This document shows, one piece after another, positions 1 through 14,160 of a stretch of DNA of 64,000 bases. How positions within the stretch are numbered: position 1 is the stretch's first letter; each line of letters starts with the position of its first letter. The notes below the pieces were generated by a model, which saw only the letters and a program-made list of their open reading frames with translations, was not told the origin of the DNA and made no database searches. The stretch spans positions 171,616,001-171,680,000 of the forward strand of contig OZ024740.1 in the NCBI GenBank assembly GCA_964016885.1. Direction: 5' to 3'. The position numbers and the translations under genes were made by a program. This DNA is from Eledone cirrhosa (Eukaryota).

Positions 1-3000
1 TAGAAGCAAGATTATGTACAGAAAAGATTATGGTGATAGAGTGATGATAGAACAAGATTATGTACAGAAAAGATTATTGTGATAGAGTGATGATAGAAGC
101 AAGATTATGTACAGAAAAGATTATGGTGATAGAGTGATGATAGAAGCAAGATTAAGTACAGAAAATATCAATCATGTGATAGAGTGATGATAGAAGCAAG
201 ATTATGTACAGAAAAGATTATTGTGATAGAGTGATGATAGAAGCAAGATTAAGTACAGAAAATATCTTGTGATAGAGTGGTGATAGAAGCAAGATTATGT
301 ACAGAAAAATTATGTGATAGAGTGATGATAGAAGCAAGATTATGTACAGAAAAGATTATGGTGATAGAGTGATGATAGAAGCAAGATTATGTACAGAAAA
401 TATCATGTGATAGAGTGATGATAGAAGCAAGATTATGTACAGAAAAGATTATGGTGATAGAGTGATGATAGAAGCAAGATTATGTACAGAAAATATCATG
501 TGATAGAGTGATGATAGAAGCAAGATTAAGTACAGAAAAGATTATGGTGATAGAGTGATGATAGAAGCAAGATTATGTACAGAAAATATCATGTGATAGA
601 GTGATGATAGAAGCAAGATTATGTACAGAAAAGATTATGGTGATAGAATGATGATAGAAGCAAGATTATGTACAGAAAATATCATGTGATAGAGTGATGA
701 TAGAAGCAAGATTATGTACAGAAAAGATTATGGTGATAGAGTGATGATAGAAGCAAGATTATGTACAGAAAATATCATGTGATAGAGTGATGATAGAAGC
801 AAGATTAAGTACAGAAAATATCATGTGATAGAGTGATGATAGAAGCAAGATTATGTACAGAAAATATCATGTGATAGAGTGATGATAGAAGCAAGATTAA
901 GTACAGAAAAGATTATGGTGATTGAGTGATGATAGAAGCAAGATTATGTACAGAAAAGATTATGGTGATAGAGTGATGATAGAAGCAAGATTATGTACAG
1001 AAAATATCATGTGATAGAGTGATGATAGAAGCAAGATTATGTACAGAAAATATCATGTGATAGAGTGATGATAGAAATAAGATTAAGTACAGAAAATATC
1101 ATGTGATAGAGTGATGATAAAAGCAATATTATGTACAGAAAAGATTATGGTGATAGAGTGATGATAGAAGCAAGATTATGTACAGAAAAGATTATGGTGA
1201 TAGAGTGATGATAGAAGCAAGATTATGTACAGAAAATATCATGTGATAGAGTGATGATAGAAGCAAGATTATGTACAGAAAATATCATGTGATAGAGTGA
1301 TGATAGAAGGAAGATTATGCACAGAAAATATCATGTGATAGAGTGATGATAGAAGCAAGATTATGTACAGAAAAGATTATGGTGATAGAGTGATGATAGA
1401 AGCAAGATTATGTACAGAAAATATCATGTGATAGAGTGATGATAGAAGCAAGATTATGTACAGAAAAGATTATGGTGATAGAGTGAAGATAGAAGCAAGA
1501 TTATGTACAGAAAAGATTATGGTGATAGAGTGATGATAGAAGCAAGATTATGTACAGAAAATATCACGTGATAGAGTGATGATAGAAGCAAGATTATGTA
1601 CAGAAAAGATTATGGTGATAGAGTGATGATAGAAGCAAGATTATGTACAGAAAAGATTATGGTGATAGAGTGATGATAGAAGCAAGATTATGTACAGAAA
1701 AGATTATGGTGATAGAGTGATGATAGAAGCAAGATTATGTACAGAAAAGATTATGGTGATAGAGTGATGATAGAACAAGATTATGTACAGAAAAGATTAT
1801 GGTGATAGAGTGATGATAGAAGCAAGATTATGTACAGAAAAGATTATGGTGATAGAGTGATGATAGAAGCAAGATTAAGTACAGAAAATATCATGTGATA
1901 GAGTGGTGATAGAAGCAAGATTATGTACAGAAAAGATTATGTGATAGAGTGATGATAGAAGCAAGATTATGTACAGAAAAGATTATGGTGATAGAGTGAT
2001 GTTAGAAGCAAGATTATGTACAGAAAATATCATGTGATAGAGTGATGATAGAAGCAAGATTATGTACAGAAAATATCATGTGATAGAGTGATGATAGAAG
2101 CAAGATTATGTACAGAAAAGATTATGGTGATAGAGTGATGATAGAAGCAAGATTATGTACAGAAAATATCATGTGATAGAGTGATGATAGAAGCAAGATT
2201 ATGTACAGAAAATATCATGTGATAGAGTGATGATAGAAGCAAGATTATGTACAGAAAAGATTATGGTGATAGAGTGATGATAGAAGCAAGATTATGTACA
2301 GAAAATATCATGTGATAGAGTGATGATAGAAGCAAGATTATGTACAGAAAATATCATGTGATAGAGTGATGATAGAAGCAAGATTATGTACAGAAAAGAT
2401 TATGGTGATAGAGTGATGATAGAAGCAAGATTATGTACAGAAAATATCATGTGATAGAGTGATGATAGAAGCAAGATTATGTACAGAAAAGATTATGGTG
2501 ACAGAGTGATGATAGAAGCAAGATTATGTACAGAAAATATCATGTGATAGAGTGATGATAGAAGCAAGATTATGTACAGAAAATATCATGTGATAGAGTG
2601 ATGATAGAAGCAAGATTATGTACAGAACATATCATGTGATAGAGTGATGATAGAAGCAAGATTATGTACAGAAAATATCATGTGATAAAGTGATGATAGA
2701 AGCAAGATTATGTACAGAAAATATCATGTGATAGAGTGATGATAGAAGCAAGATTATGTACAGAAAAGATTATGGTGATAGAGTGATGATAGAAGCAAGA
2801 TTATGTACAGAAAATATCATGTGATAGAGTGATGATAGAAGCAAGATTATGTACAGAAAATATCATGTGATAGAGTGATGATAGAAGCAAGATTATGTAC
2901 AGAAAAGATTATGGTGATAGAGTGATGATAGAAGCAAGATTATGTACAGAAAATATCATGTGATAGAGTGATGATAGAAGCAAGATTATGTACAGAAAAT

Positions 3001-3946
3001 ATCATGTGATAGAGTGATGATAGAAGCAAGATTATGTACAGAAAAGATTATGGTGATAGAGTGATGATAGAAGCAAGATTATGTACAGAAAATATCATGT
3101 GATAGAGTGATGATAGAAGCAAGATTATGTACAGAAAAGATTATGGTGATAGAGTGATGATAGAAGCAAGATTATGTACAGAAAATATCATGTGCTAGAG
3201 TGATGATAGAAGCAAGATTATGTACAGAAAAGATTATGGTGATAGAGTGATGATAGAAGCAAGATTATGTACAGAAAATATCATGTGATAGAGTGATGAT
3301 AGAAGCAAGATTATGTACAGAAAAGATTATGGTGATAGAGTGATGATAGAAGCAAGATTATGTACAGAAAATATCATGTGATAGAGTGATGATAGAAGCA
3401 AGATTATGTACAGAAAAGATTATGGTGATAGAGTGATGATAGAAGCAAGATTATGTACAGAAAATATCATGTGATAGAGTGATGATAGAAGCAAGATTAT
3501 GTACAGAAAAGATTATGGTGATAGAGTGATGATAGAAGCAAGATTATGTACAGAAAATATCATGTGATAGAGTGATGATAGAAGCAAGATTATGTACAGA
3601 AAATATCATGTGATAGAGTGATGATAGAAGCAAGATTATGTACAGAAAAGATTATGGTGATAGAGTGATGATAGAAGCAAGATTATGTACAGAAAATATC
3701 ATGTGATAGAGTGATGATAGAAGCAAGATTATGTACAGAAAAGATTATGGTGATAGAGTGATGATAGAAGCAAGATTATGTACAGAAAATATCATGTGCT
3801 AGAGTGATGATAGAAGCAAGATTATGTACAGAAAAGATTATGGTGATAGAGTGATGATAGAAGCAAGATTATGTACAGAAAATATCATGTGATAGAGTGA
3901 TGATAGAAGCAAGATTATGTACAGAAAAGATTATGGTGATAGAGTG
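1..3946. repeat. Tandem satellite, about 85 units of two interspersed variants (47 and 46 bp); continues past window start
   Basis: Unit A TAGAAGCAAGATTATGTACAGAAAAGATTATGGTGATAGAGTGATGA (47 bp); unit B has AAAATATCATGTG (46 bp). Very homogeneous, purine-rich + strand. Confidence 0.98.
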
Positions 3947-4021
3947 GACACAAGCAACATTAAGATGAGAAAGGATCAGAGTGATGCAGTGAAGAGATAC
4001 AAAATAAAGTTTTAGAAGAAC

Positions 4022-4209
4022 AATAATTGTTTCTACCTTTGGCACAAGGCCAGCAATTACCCTAGTGCATTACTAATACTTTATTTTTCGACCCCGTAAG
4101 GATGAAATGGAAAGTTAACCTCGGTGGGATTTGAACTCAAGACGTAAAGGGTCATAACTCTATGCTTCACAACATGGCGCCTGACCCTCCACCCATACTG
4201 CTAATCCAC
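4022..4209 (-). mobile_element. tRNA-derived SINE, family 1
   Basis: Reverse complement of the ~190-bp repeat at 8808, 44570 and 59822. Confidence 0.85.
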
Positions 4210-4675
4210 TGTTTTAGAAGAACAACAACACTGATATATTTTTGGAGTTTTTGCTTAGCTCCAAGTTGACTTGAGTTAACCTATAATCAAATGCATTCCA
4301 GCGATGATCATTCTGTCATTTTTTCCTTTATAGTGTCCTTTCTTTATTAAGACGGTAAGATGTGGTTTAAGTGAGACTAGTCTGCTATTTATGGCATGTC
4401 AAACGATCATCTAGAAATTCTCCAGTTGGCACGAATACTAACGTCTTCAACTAGAAGGTGCAAGACAAACAGGTTGGAAGTCGGAGATTAAAATTTAATT
4501 ATCGATAATTCAATTTCAGAAACCAGTTAATTTAATTTAATAAATATAAGGTATCTAAATCAAATATATTGTTATGACAGTTTCATTGCCTCATATCGTA
4601 ATTTCACGAGATAACAAGGACTCTAATTAAAAAAATAAAACATTATTTTCTCAATATCGATAGGTTTTAACGAAA

Positions 4676-4729
<54 letters not shown>

Positions 4730-5869
4730 TATATGAGTATTTGTGTTAAAGTTCTACATATTCTATGTATATGTCTCTGCTGATAGCTTTAGATTATTTA
4801 CACTGAACAAAATTTAAAAAATTAATTAAAAAAACATTTTCTTCCCAAAAGATGAAACTATATTACCTTTAAATAAATAAATTATTAAACAAAATAAAAT
4901 ATTAAATAAACAGAGCATCGTCATTAGAAATAAGTTTGTTTCAGAGTAGTTCCACCTTCCTGTAAAGCAAATAAATCAATAGAAATTGATTAGAGAAAAA
5001 CCAAAAAGTGAAAAAAGAAACGGGAGAAGACATGCACAGACAATTACTCGATACACCAAAGACAACAGGATATAGAATCGACGTCTTATATAATGAGTTG
5101 GGAATTTTACTAAAAGTACCAGGAACACTTGACAAAAATAAGAGGATGATAAACACGACAAATACCAATAATTCTAGAAATTAAACAAGATCAGTAACAA
5201 GTAGAAACAATTCATTCTGAAAGAAAAAGAATAAAAGGTAACGAAGAAAAAAATAATCTTGAACAAACCAATTTTACACGGTACTATTTGACTTTTCTGT
5301 ATCTGGTACTACGTCCGAAGTTTTTGAGCTACACTGTATAGCTATATAGTTTACAATGCTCTTGTTTCAGTTTCAATTTACGAAGGATGAAAATATAATT
5401 ACAAAGAAACTTAGATTTTAACATATAAACGTTACATAGATTTTAACATATAAACACAGCGTTGTTATATTACATCCATAAAGAAATATACTAAGTAACG
5501 TTACAAAACGATTTACCTAAAAAGACAAAACAAAAAGAAAACGCTAAATATGAACGTTTAAAATACAGTTGTAGAATTAAAACTAGCTGAAAGGAAATAT
5601 TACCCAAAGTGTGAACAATTTTAAATTTAATTCTGACAAAATTTTGTCGAAACTTTCAAAGAAGATCATTGTCTACGCACACAGATTGCATCCATATCGG
5701 CACTTCTTCGTCTCGGTGCATCCCGGGGCTCCTTTTTCAGTTTCCGACTTCATCTCCCCTTCGTCTTTGTGATTCACTGTTCTATTTTTTTTCTATTTAT
5801 TACTTTTTTTTTTTTTTGCACTGTTATCACACTTACCGCTTTGGGTGCCTGGACACCCACAACATTCAG

Positions 5870-8160
5870 CTCAACATCATGCATACATTCACCCCCAAAC
5901 ACAATTTACAATCCTCCGTTCTAGTTCACTCCCAACCTCCTATTCCGTGCGGTCGAGGCATCTCTTCCCCTTATGCATTTGACGGAGGATTAACATCCCG
6001 CACCTCTGAACTCAGTGTCCGCTTCTCTTCAACCTTCCACCCCACCGGAGGTTAACCAATGCCACTCGTGCGCTACGCTCAACAGGCGCAAGAGTGAAAG
6101 GAACTGCTCCAAGACGCGCGTCGGATTCCTTGCACCGGTGGCACTGCCCGTCATGCCTATCCACCGCGACACCACAGGTGGCCAGGGCGCCCGACCCAAC
6201 GGAGACCTGAACTCGTTCGACTCAGACGAGTGTCTGGTGGCGATCTCACGCCTCAGGTAGTCGCGGAGAGTCATCACCAGGATCCCCAGCTCTGCCCTCA
6301 CTCCCGTGGCTGAAGCGCTAGCGACCTCAATCGACCGAGCGTTTGACTTAGGCGATCCACGGGACTGGACCGGACTGTTCTGTTTTGCTACTCACGTACT
6401 CAGGATCCCGTTGGTGGGGAACTCGACAGATCTGGCCTCTCCCTAGCTTCGAGGCTCAAGAGCAATGTCGCCTCTTTCTGCAACCCTTTGTCCGCAAGCC
6501 TCGCGGCACTCTCGTGCTGCCCACCAGTGCCAACACATCGCCCCCAATTCACCTACGACAGCACGAAACGTCTCTGGGACAACATCAAACTAATTGAGGG
6601 CGACGTTTCGGTTGCTGTTCACGTGCTGGTCTCAAGCGACGCTGTGCTCCGAACAACACCGGATGTTTTGTCACCACTTTGCCTCAAATATCCGGACCCT
6701 CCTGCCGACATTAGGGATGTACCAGCCCTGGTCAGCAATCTCTTCCCGGCAACGTCCAGCGAGGAAGTGGTAGCCGTCCAAAGATCTTTTCCTGGTAGCA
6801 GCAGTGGCGGAGTAGGCGGCTTGCGCCCCGGTCACCTCCAAGACATCATCTCGTCTCACGCGGCGGAAGCAAGGGCCGGACTGCTCCAGTCATTAACAGC
6901 CCTCACCAACTGTCTCCTCCGCTGGAGACCAAGCATGCGGATTTGTCCCTATTGGTAGAGAGGCTGCGCAAAATTGACGCTCATCCTATGCTCTTCCTCT
7001 TGAAGAACTGCTTCCTCCTCTCCAAATTCACATCTACGCTGCGCACTGCAGATCTTCTCGGGGAACTTGACGCCACCATTCAATGCTGTGCGGAACTAAT
7101 CTACAACGTCAGTTTCGACAACGCAGGCTGGCAACAGGTGACACTCCCAGCGAGGTTCGGTGACATCAGCCTCCGATTAGTATCTTAGGATTTAGCTTTA
7201 CCCGCCTATCTCTCCTCTATCTCCTCCAGACGCGCTGTCGTCAGCGAGGTTCTCATCCAGACGACCGAACCTGAGCTAGCCCCTGAGATAGATCAGGCTC
7301 TGGCCTACTGGACAGGTGAAGACTCTCTATCCCCCAGTATACTACGGTCCAACGTAACTGGGACAACATCAATTGCAGGTCTTCTGCCAGGCGGATCGAG
7401 TCTGGCTTGGACCAACACCACCTCGCCTGCCTCCGCTCCACTTCACAGCCCAACAGCAGCGCGTGGCTCAATTCAGTGCCCTCCTCATTAACCGGTGCCC
7501 TTCTTGATGATGAGTGCACTTGCATCGGAGTAGCCAAACGCCTTGGCCTCTGCGTGTGTAAATCACATAAATGCCGCTGTGGAGCGGTTGTTGACAAGTT
7601 CAGCCTGCACCCTGTCTTGCCGCCAGAGCGCAGGCCGGTTCCCCCGAAAAGCCGCTCTCAACGACATACTGTGAAGGAGCCTGGACGCAGTTGGCTTTCG
7701 ATCTCAAATGGAGCCAGCTGGCCTAGACCGCGGAGATGGCAAGCACCCCGTCGGAATCACCTTCTTCCCAAGGAGGTAGATCCCTCATCTAGGAGGCCAC
7801 CTGCTGCGACACGTTCTTCTCTTCCAACTTAATCGCTTCGGCCACAAACCTCGGCATCGCGGCCCGCCTCGCAGAAGAACGTAAAATAAACAAATTCAGG
7901 GGTTTGTCCGGCCGCTTCCTCTTCGCACCGGTCGCCGTCGAGACCCCAGGCGTACTTGGACCACGTACTGCCGAGCTCCCCCGTAAAATCATAACGTTGG
8001 CGGCCCGTCTGAGGAAGGAGTCCCGCAAGGTTAGGTGGCTGTTGCAGCAGGTGTCACTGGCCATTGTCCGCGGGAATGCTTTTGCTGTCTTGTCCGCGGG
8101 GAATAGCCCTTCTGCTCGCATGTCCTAGGCCCAATTCCTCTTCCCCCACCTCCTCTCTTC
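5870..8160 (+). mobile_element. Decayed CRE-clade-like non-LTR retrotransposon (restriction-like endonuclease), RT core largely deleted
   Basis: GC-rich island with broken frames: GGLRPGHLQDI, SSAWLNSVPS, CKSHKCRCGAVVDKFSLH, LDRGDGKHPVGIT, FLFAPVAVETPGVLG, LLQQVSLAIVRGNA. Confidence 0.8.
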
Positions 8161-8299
8161 TACGACACCGGAGTTCTTGCCATCCCCTACTCTTCCCGTT
8201 CTTTTTTTTCTTTTTCGCTTTTTTCTCTATATTTTCCTACTCTTTTTTTTCTTTTGATTCCTTTTCTTTTTATTATTATTGCTGTTATTATTGTTGTCA

Positions 8300-8460
8300 T
8301 TGGCAGTATCGGTAAAGAGTCAGACGCCATGCTTTGCAGCATAGAGTTACGGTTCTTTACAGTCTGAGTTCAAATCCTGCCGAGGTTAACTGGGGTCGAT
8401 TTAATCGACTTTCCCCTCCCCCCAAATTGTAGGCCTTGTGCCTATATAAGAAACCATTAT
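8300..8460 (+). mobile_element. SINE family 1, internally deleted
   Basis: TGGCAGTATCGGTA head, GAGTTCAAATCC B-box-like motif, GCCGAGGTTAAC core. Confidence 0.75.
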
Positions 8461-8807
8461 TCTATTATAGTTTCTACAATTGTATCGGATTAAATTTCTA
8501 TCAGTTATTAGAACAGCTTCTATCGCTGCGTTATCGAGTTTTTGAAAAATGTACCAAACGCCGCTTTATAAGAGCAAAATAAAGAAATAAATCGATAAAA
8601 ATGTTAATAACCGTTTTAATTTTTCCCCCTGTAATCATCCTTTAATATGATTATATAAAAAACGTAACTTGTAATGATATTCAACATAAAAAAGTCTAGG
8701 TAAGAGTTTTTGTTTATATTTTTATTTACACAATTTTACAGCAAAATATAACACACACATATATATATATATACATATATATATATTATCATTATTATTA
8801 TGAATTT

Positions 8808-9002
8808 CGGGTGGATTGGCAGTATCGGTGGAGCGCCAGAACCATGCTTTGCAATATAGAGTTATGGCCCTTTACGTTCTAGGTTCAAATCCCGCCGAGG
8901 TGAACTTTGCCTTTCATCCTTACGGGGTCGATAAAATAAAGCACCAGTAATGCACTGGGGTAATTGCTGGCCTTGTTCCAAAAGTAGAAACAATTATTAT
9001 TA
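8808..9002 (+). mobile_element. SINE family 1, full length
   Basis: A-box-like TGGCAGTATCGG, B-box-like GGTTCAAATCC, core GCCGAGGTGAACTTTGCCTTTCATCCTTACGGGGTCGATAAA, (ATT)n tail. More copies near 9241, 15390, 20810(-), 21880, 34900(-), 44570, 44841(-), 59822, 60820(-). Confidence 0.88.
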
Positions 9003-9059
9003 TGAATTTAATATCTGTCATTGATGTTATTTAACCAGAAAATTTGCCCAAATGAAATC

Positions 9060-10000
9060 AAACAGCTACACGCAGCCTCAGATATTCAGAACGTATCGGA
9101 GGGTCCTTGCTGTTCCTTGTAGGCATGCCTTTTAACGTGCTAAAAAAAGGTGCCCAGGCTAATGATCTTTAGCCAGCCTTGAACAACTCTTCGCGACAGT
9201 ACCTCGTGCTCCTATGACGATGGACACGAGAGTTTTTTTACGGTGGATAGGCAGTATCGGTAGAGCATTGAACAACATGCCTCGTGACATATAGTTACGG
9301 CCCTTTACGTTCTGAGTTCAAATCTCGCCGAGGTGAGCTTTGCTTTTCATCCTTATGTAGTCGATAAAATAAAGCATCAATAATGCACTGGAGTCTATTT
9401 AATATATTTTCCCCTTCTTCCAAAACTGTTGACCTTGTGCCTAAGTCAGTGACTATTATTATTGTGAATTTGATATCTCTGCCATTGATATTATTTAACT
9501 GGAAAATGTGTCCAAATCAAGCCGCTGCCTGCAGCCTCAGATATTCAGGACGTATCGGAGCGTCCTCGCTGTTCCTTGTAGGCATGCCCTTTGAAGTGTT
9601 CCAAATAAGGAGTGGGGCTGGGCTAATGATAATGATCTCTTCGAGATAGTACCCAGTATTCCAATGAAAATGGGGACGACCTTGATCTGGTGACAGTCCC
9701 AAATCATTTTCAGTTCCTACTTTAGATCCTGGTACCGGTTAATTTTCTCCCCCTTTTTTGCATTTTTGTGTCAAAGGGGCAAGCTACATCTATAATCAAG
9801 CAACATTTTTTTTCCTGGTCAAAAACCATCATATCAGGACTATTGTGTTCCAATTCCTTATCTGTTTGTACCCTGAAATCCCACATCACCTTCACCCAAT
9901 CGTTTATCACTGACTCTGGTTGATGCTGATACCACTTCTCAGAGTGGGGTAAATTATTCAGTTTGCTTAAATGCCAGTGGATCTCTTTTCCTAAGATATC
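9060..10000 (-). mobile_element. R4/Dong-like non-LTR retrotransposon 3' fragments, interrupted by a SINE and partly duplicated
   Basis: Minus frames: EKWYQHQPESV, KVMWDFRVQTDKELEHNSPDMMVFDQEKKCCLIIDVACPFD, VIGARGTV. 9000-9180 and 9460-9630 are near duplicates. Confidence 0.75.
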
Positions 10001-10039
10001 ATGCCTGCATCCTTTATTATTATTTTGGATGGTCTACCC

Positions 10040-11012
10040 TTCGAACTTTTCTTTTACACGCCAGCCTTGTTCGGTGGCATCTCAGCAGATGTTTACTGCA
10101 AAATTCCCAGTTCTGTGAGCCGAGGAGCGGTGACACTGCTGAGAAAGGACCCGAACAAAGGGGATTTTATCGATAAGTTTAGGCTCATAACTCTACTAAA
10201 TGCAGAGTTCAAAATTTTGGCAAAGGTGTTAGCGACGACGTCGGCGCTTGTCGGCGGTCTGGTAGGGGAGGCGCAGACATGTGCCATTCCCATGAGATTC
10301 ATCTACGACAATCTACATCATAGAGAGGGTGGCTAAGGAACATGGTATGGGTGGGGCACTGATCAACTTAGATCAATCAAAAGCATTCGATAGAGTTGAC
10401 CCTCGGTACATGGCAGTGGTACGTAACACAGCAGGCTTTGAGCCCGTTTTCAGAGGATGGATCGCTGCTATGCATAGCGACATCTGCTCTGTGGTTAGAG
10501 TGGACGGTCACCTCTTGGAACCGTTCAACATCATGCGCTCGGTCCGCCAAGGCTGTCCCCTCTCGTTCCTGTTGTATGTATTGACTCACGAGCCACTACA
10601 GCATAAATTAGAGACGCTGAGGGGCATGCCGCATGAACTAGGATATGGGAGATCTGTGACAGCTTATGCCGACGATGTCACTGTTGTAGTGTCGAGCACT
10701 AAACACATTGAGGTGATCGGCACTGCTCTGAAGGAATGCGAAGCGCTGGCAGGAGCGAAAATTAACCAGGGAAAGTTGGTGGGCCTGCCACTTGGCACCC
10801 GGAGAGACAGGTCCATACCGTCCAGCAGCGTCGTTGAACGCTTGAGAGACGGACCGGTTAAATTGCTCGGGGTCCGGTTCGATCCAGACCTCCAGATGGA
10901 CAAAAACTGGGACGAGGTGACGAACAGAGTGGCCAATCTCACCCAGAAATGGACCGAGAGAAAGCTGTCCCTGAAAGGTAGGGCAGAGGTGGCGAACGCG
11001 TGCATCGCATAA
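10040..11012 (+). mobile_element. Tx1/L1-clade reverse transcriptase fragment, frameshifted
   Basis: FRLITLLNAEFKILAKVLA, INLDQSKAFDRVD, SVRQGCPLSFLLY, AYADDVT, LSLKGRAEVAN. Confidence 0.88.
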
Positions 11013-11595
11013 GAAGAGTAGGAATTAATGCATGCAAGATTTCACAGCTCTAGCATCATTCCTTCATAGTCAGCCTGTGAACTTTTCAGCTGATCCTCGT
11101 ACATACATACCTGATATTCTCGTTTGGGACCGAAGATTAAAACATGCCCAGTCAACTCAATGTTAAAGTTGTAAGGAATACACAATGGAAGGAGGATATA
11201 TATATGGATGAGTGATACGGAGTTTAGAGACCCAGTGTCCAAAACACACGTTCAGTTTCATATCTATTATTATTGGAGTTATAAGATATATACAATGTGT
11301 CTGGACCAAAATATGACTGAACATGGATTCTCGAAGAAAGAACGCTGCCCCCCATTTCATAAATTACAAATTGCCATGTTATCTGGAACTTAAAAAATTT
11401 GTAAAACCTTCGTAAGATTCAAAGGATGAGCAATTGCACACGTGATGAGAGAACTCTCTTTTTCTTTACAACCTTACCACCAGGCTGTTGGCCACTTTTC
11501 CAGGGGTAATTTATCCGATTTTCTAAACTATTCTTTATAACAATCGACTGTGTCCACAGGTATTTCCTGCGTTCGAGATTTTCTACGTTTCTTAA

Positions 11596-11647
<52 letters not shown>

Positions 11648-11919
11648 CTTCTGTCATAAATGACCATGGACTTGCATCTAAAATGTTCCCCTCCGAGGCG
11701 CAAGCCCGGACGAGGTGTTTTTGTGGAAAACCAGCAGTCGCTTATATATGCCAGTCCCACTTAAAATGCACCACGTGGTCCGGCAATTGAACTTACATCT
11801 ACACGATTGTGAACCCCAGCCTCTAACCACTTAGCCATATATATGTAAAAAATATATCCCACTATAATACATGATACAAATATTAATTGACATTGTTATT
11901 GTTCATTTATATTCAGATA

Positions 11920-11974
11920 ATGTTAAGAAATTACTGGAAGTTAATCTTGGCTGTGCTTCTACACCAATTATATC
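11920..11974 (+). CDS. Three-Ig membrane protein, coding exon 1 (signal peptide)
   Basis: Acceptor attcag at 11911-11916, ATG 11920, MLRNYWKLILAVLLHQLY, phase-1 donor C|GTAAGT at 11975, in frame with next exon. Confidence 0.72.
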
Positions 11975-12633
11975 GTAAGTGTTTAATTGTATTATAAAAA
12001 AATATCATTTATTATAAAAACGAATAATTATTCTTTTCAGTCGTGGAATTTTATAAGGAGTATATATAATTTTATGAACATATTATGATATACCCTGTGG
12101 AGTGCAACCTCCCCATCCTCCTCCTCCTAATCATCATCAACATCATCAACAACAACATTATTTTACGTCCCTTGTTCCTTGCTTGCATGAGTTGGACTAG
12201 TCCTTCCTTTCCACCATTCGTAGTGATCCTTCGCCATCTCATCTGTGAGATTCAGCGTTTTGAGATCGGCTCTAGCTGTGTCTTATTCCAAGCGAATTAC
12301 ATTATCTTAAGATTTCCTCGTAAATAGTTTCACCCAGTTCAAAGAGAACTTGCTAACTGAGTATGCTTCATTTAGGAAGATGTAAAAAGATCGAAACATG
12401 TCCGTTACTTCTACCAAGATAGCATATAGACAAGGTTCACTCCCACTGCATTGTGAAACTAGGAGAAAATAAAAACACGACAAACATTGCTTTAGATAAG
12501 GCTGTATTGAAGTTCTCCTCCTTATCTCCTTCCCACGATCTGAACAACTACAAAGAGAGTTTCGATCATGAAATTGCAAGGATAGTCTCAGTTAATATTT
12601 TCCCCAACAAGTATGCAAGGCACTCCCCTGAGG

Positions 12634-12741
<108 letters not shown>

Positions 12742-13573
12742 AAATGTGTGAAATCTTTGGTACAGTTAGGTATATTTGAAAAAAGGAAAAGAATGACTTC
12801 ACTTGTAGTTCTAAACAATTTGATTTAATTTTATAATATTATAATATTATGAGTTGGTAGATCTGGTAAGTTCTTTGTTAACTTTGGTGGGAAGATTTTT
12901 AAAGATTCCTGGTTAACTTTCCTGCATTCGTTGGTGGCGATTGTCAAACTGAGATCAGGTTGTGTTGTGATGTGTGACTATATATAAGAGAGATTTGGGT
13001 GTGTCTGGGGGGGTGGGGTGCGGTGTTAATTAGTGTGGGAATGAAGGAGTGTTGAAGATTTATTTTAAAGGAATTAAAGCATACACATATACACGCATAC
13101 ATATAATATACATATACACATATATACATATATACACAGAAAATGGTGAATGGTGACAGCAAGATAATTGGTTGGGAGTGTTGTTGGGTTTTTTTTTAAG
13201 AGTGTTTAAGGTGCCCTCCTGCTGGTTCCATTTCAATAAATGACCTTTGAGGAATATAATGGCAGGATGTTTTCTTAAATTCGTTTCTTATAGCTGAATC
13301 AACTCTCTTAAATTTATAAAGAATACCTTCAACAATTTAAAGATGAATTTAGGTGTGTGTCTGGTGGTGGTGGTGGGGTTAATGAGGTGTAAGATATATG
13401 TCTTTTGATAAGAATGGGATGACAGCAAAGAGAAGAATAAGGATAATTTTGGAATATTTGTCAGAAATGTATGTTGATATTGGTTTGGAAGGGGAAATGT
13501 GTGTGTGTGTGTGGGGGGGGGGGGCATGGTAGCTCACATATTCACTTCCCTACATGTAAATGTACATACAGGC

Positions 13574-13642
<69 letters not shown>

Positions 13643-13758
13643 CATACCCACACGCACACACATACACACACATATACACACATATATATACACACATATA
13701 TACATATATACACATATATACATACATATGCATACATATATACATGCATATATATATA

Positions 13759-14160
13759 CATGTCCAGCTAACCTCAGTCTCCTCTGTGTCACTTTTGAGC
13801 TGACTTTTGGGATGCTCCCATACAGCTCTGAGTTTTTCATCCTCAGTGTATACTGATTAATGTTCAGAGCCATCCTCAGCATTCTCATGTAGTATCCATC
13901 CACCATCTGAGTGAGTTTCTTAGTCAGTGTCCAAGTCTCAGACCCATACATCCAGAGTTGACATTGCACTCAGTGCTCCTTTGGGAGCCCCTACATGGAC
14001 ACACTAGAAGAGGAAGATCAAGGTTAACGTATGTTGATGCCCTAAGGACAGACGATGGTCTGTTGGAGGCGCAGGACATGGCAGCGATAATGAGGGACAG
14101 AGACCGCTGGAGAGAACTCGTCCATGGATCTCGGGAATTTTACCCGCCTTAGATAGATAA
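13759..14160. mobile_element. RTE-clade LINE 3' fragment with inverted 5' half
   Basis: 13759-13950(-) YGSETW...RLRLAGH; 13949-14152(+) [14 protein letters not shown]...EFYPP*; both match the copy at 52785-53155. Confidence 0.9.

Noticed and set aside
1-3946. CRISPR-like array or coding repeat
   Set aside because: No unique spacers, no cas genes, eukaryotic context, no ORF reported.
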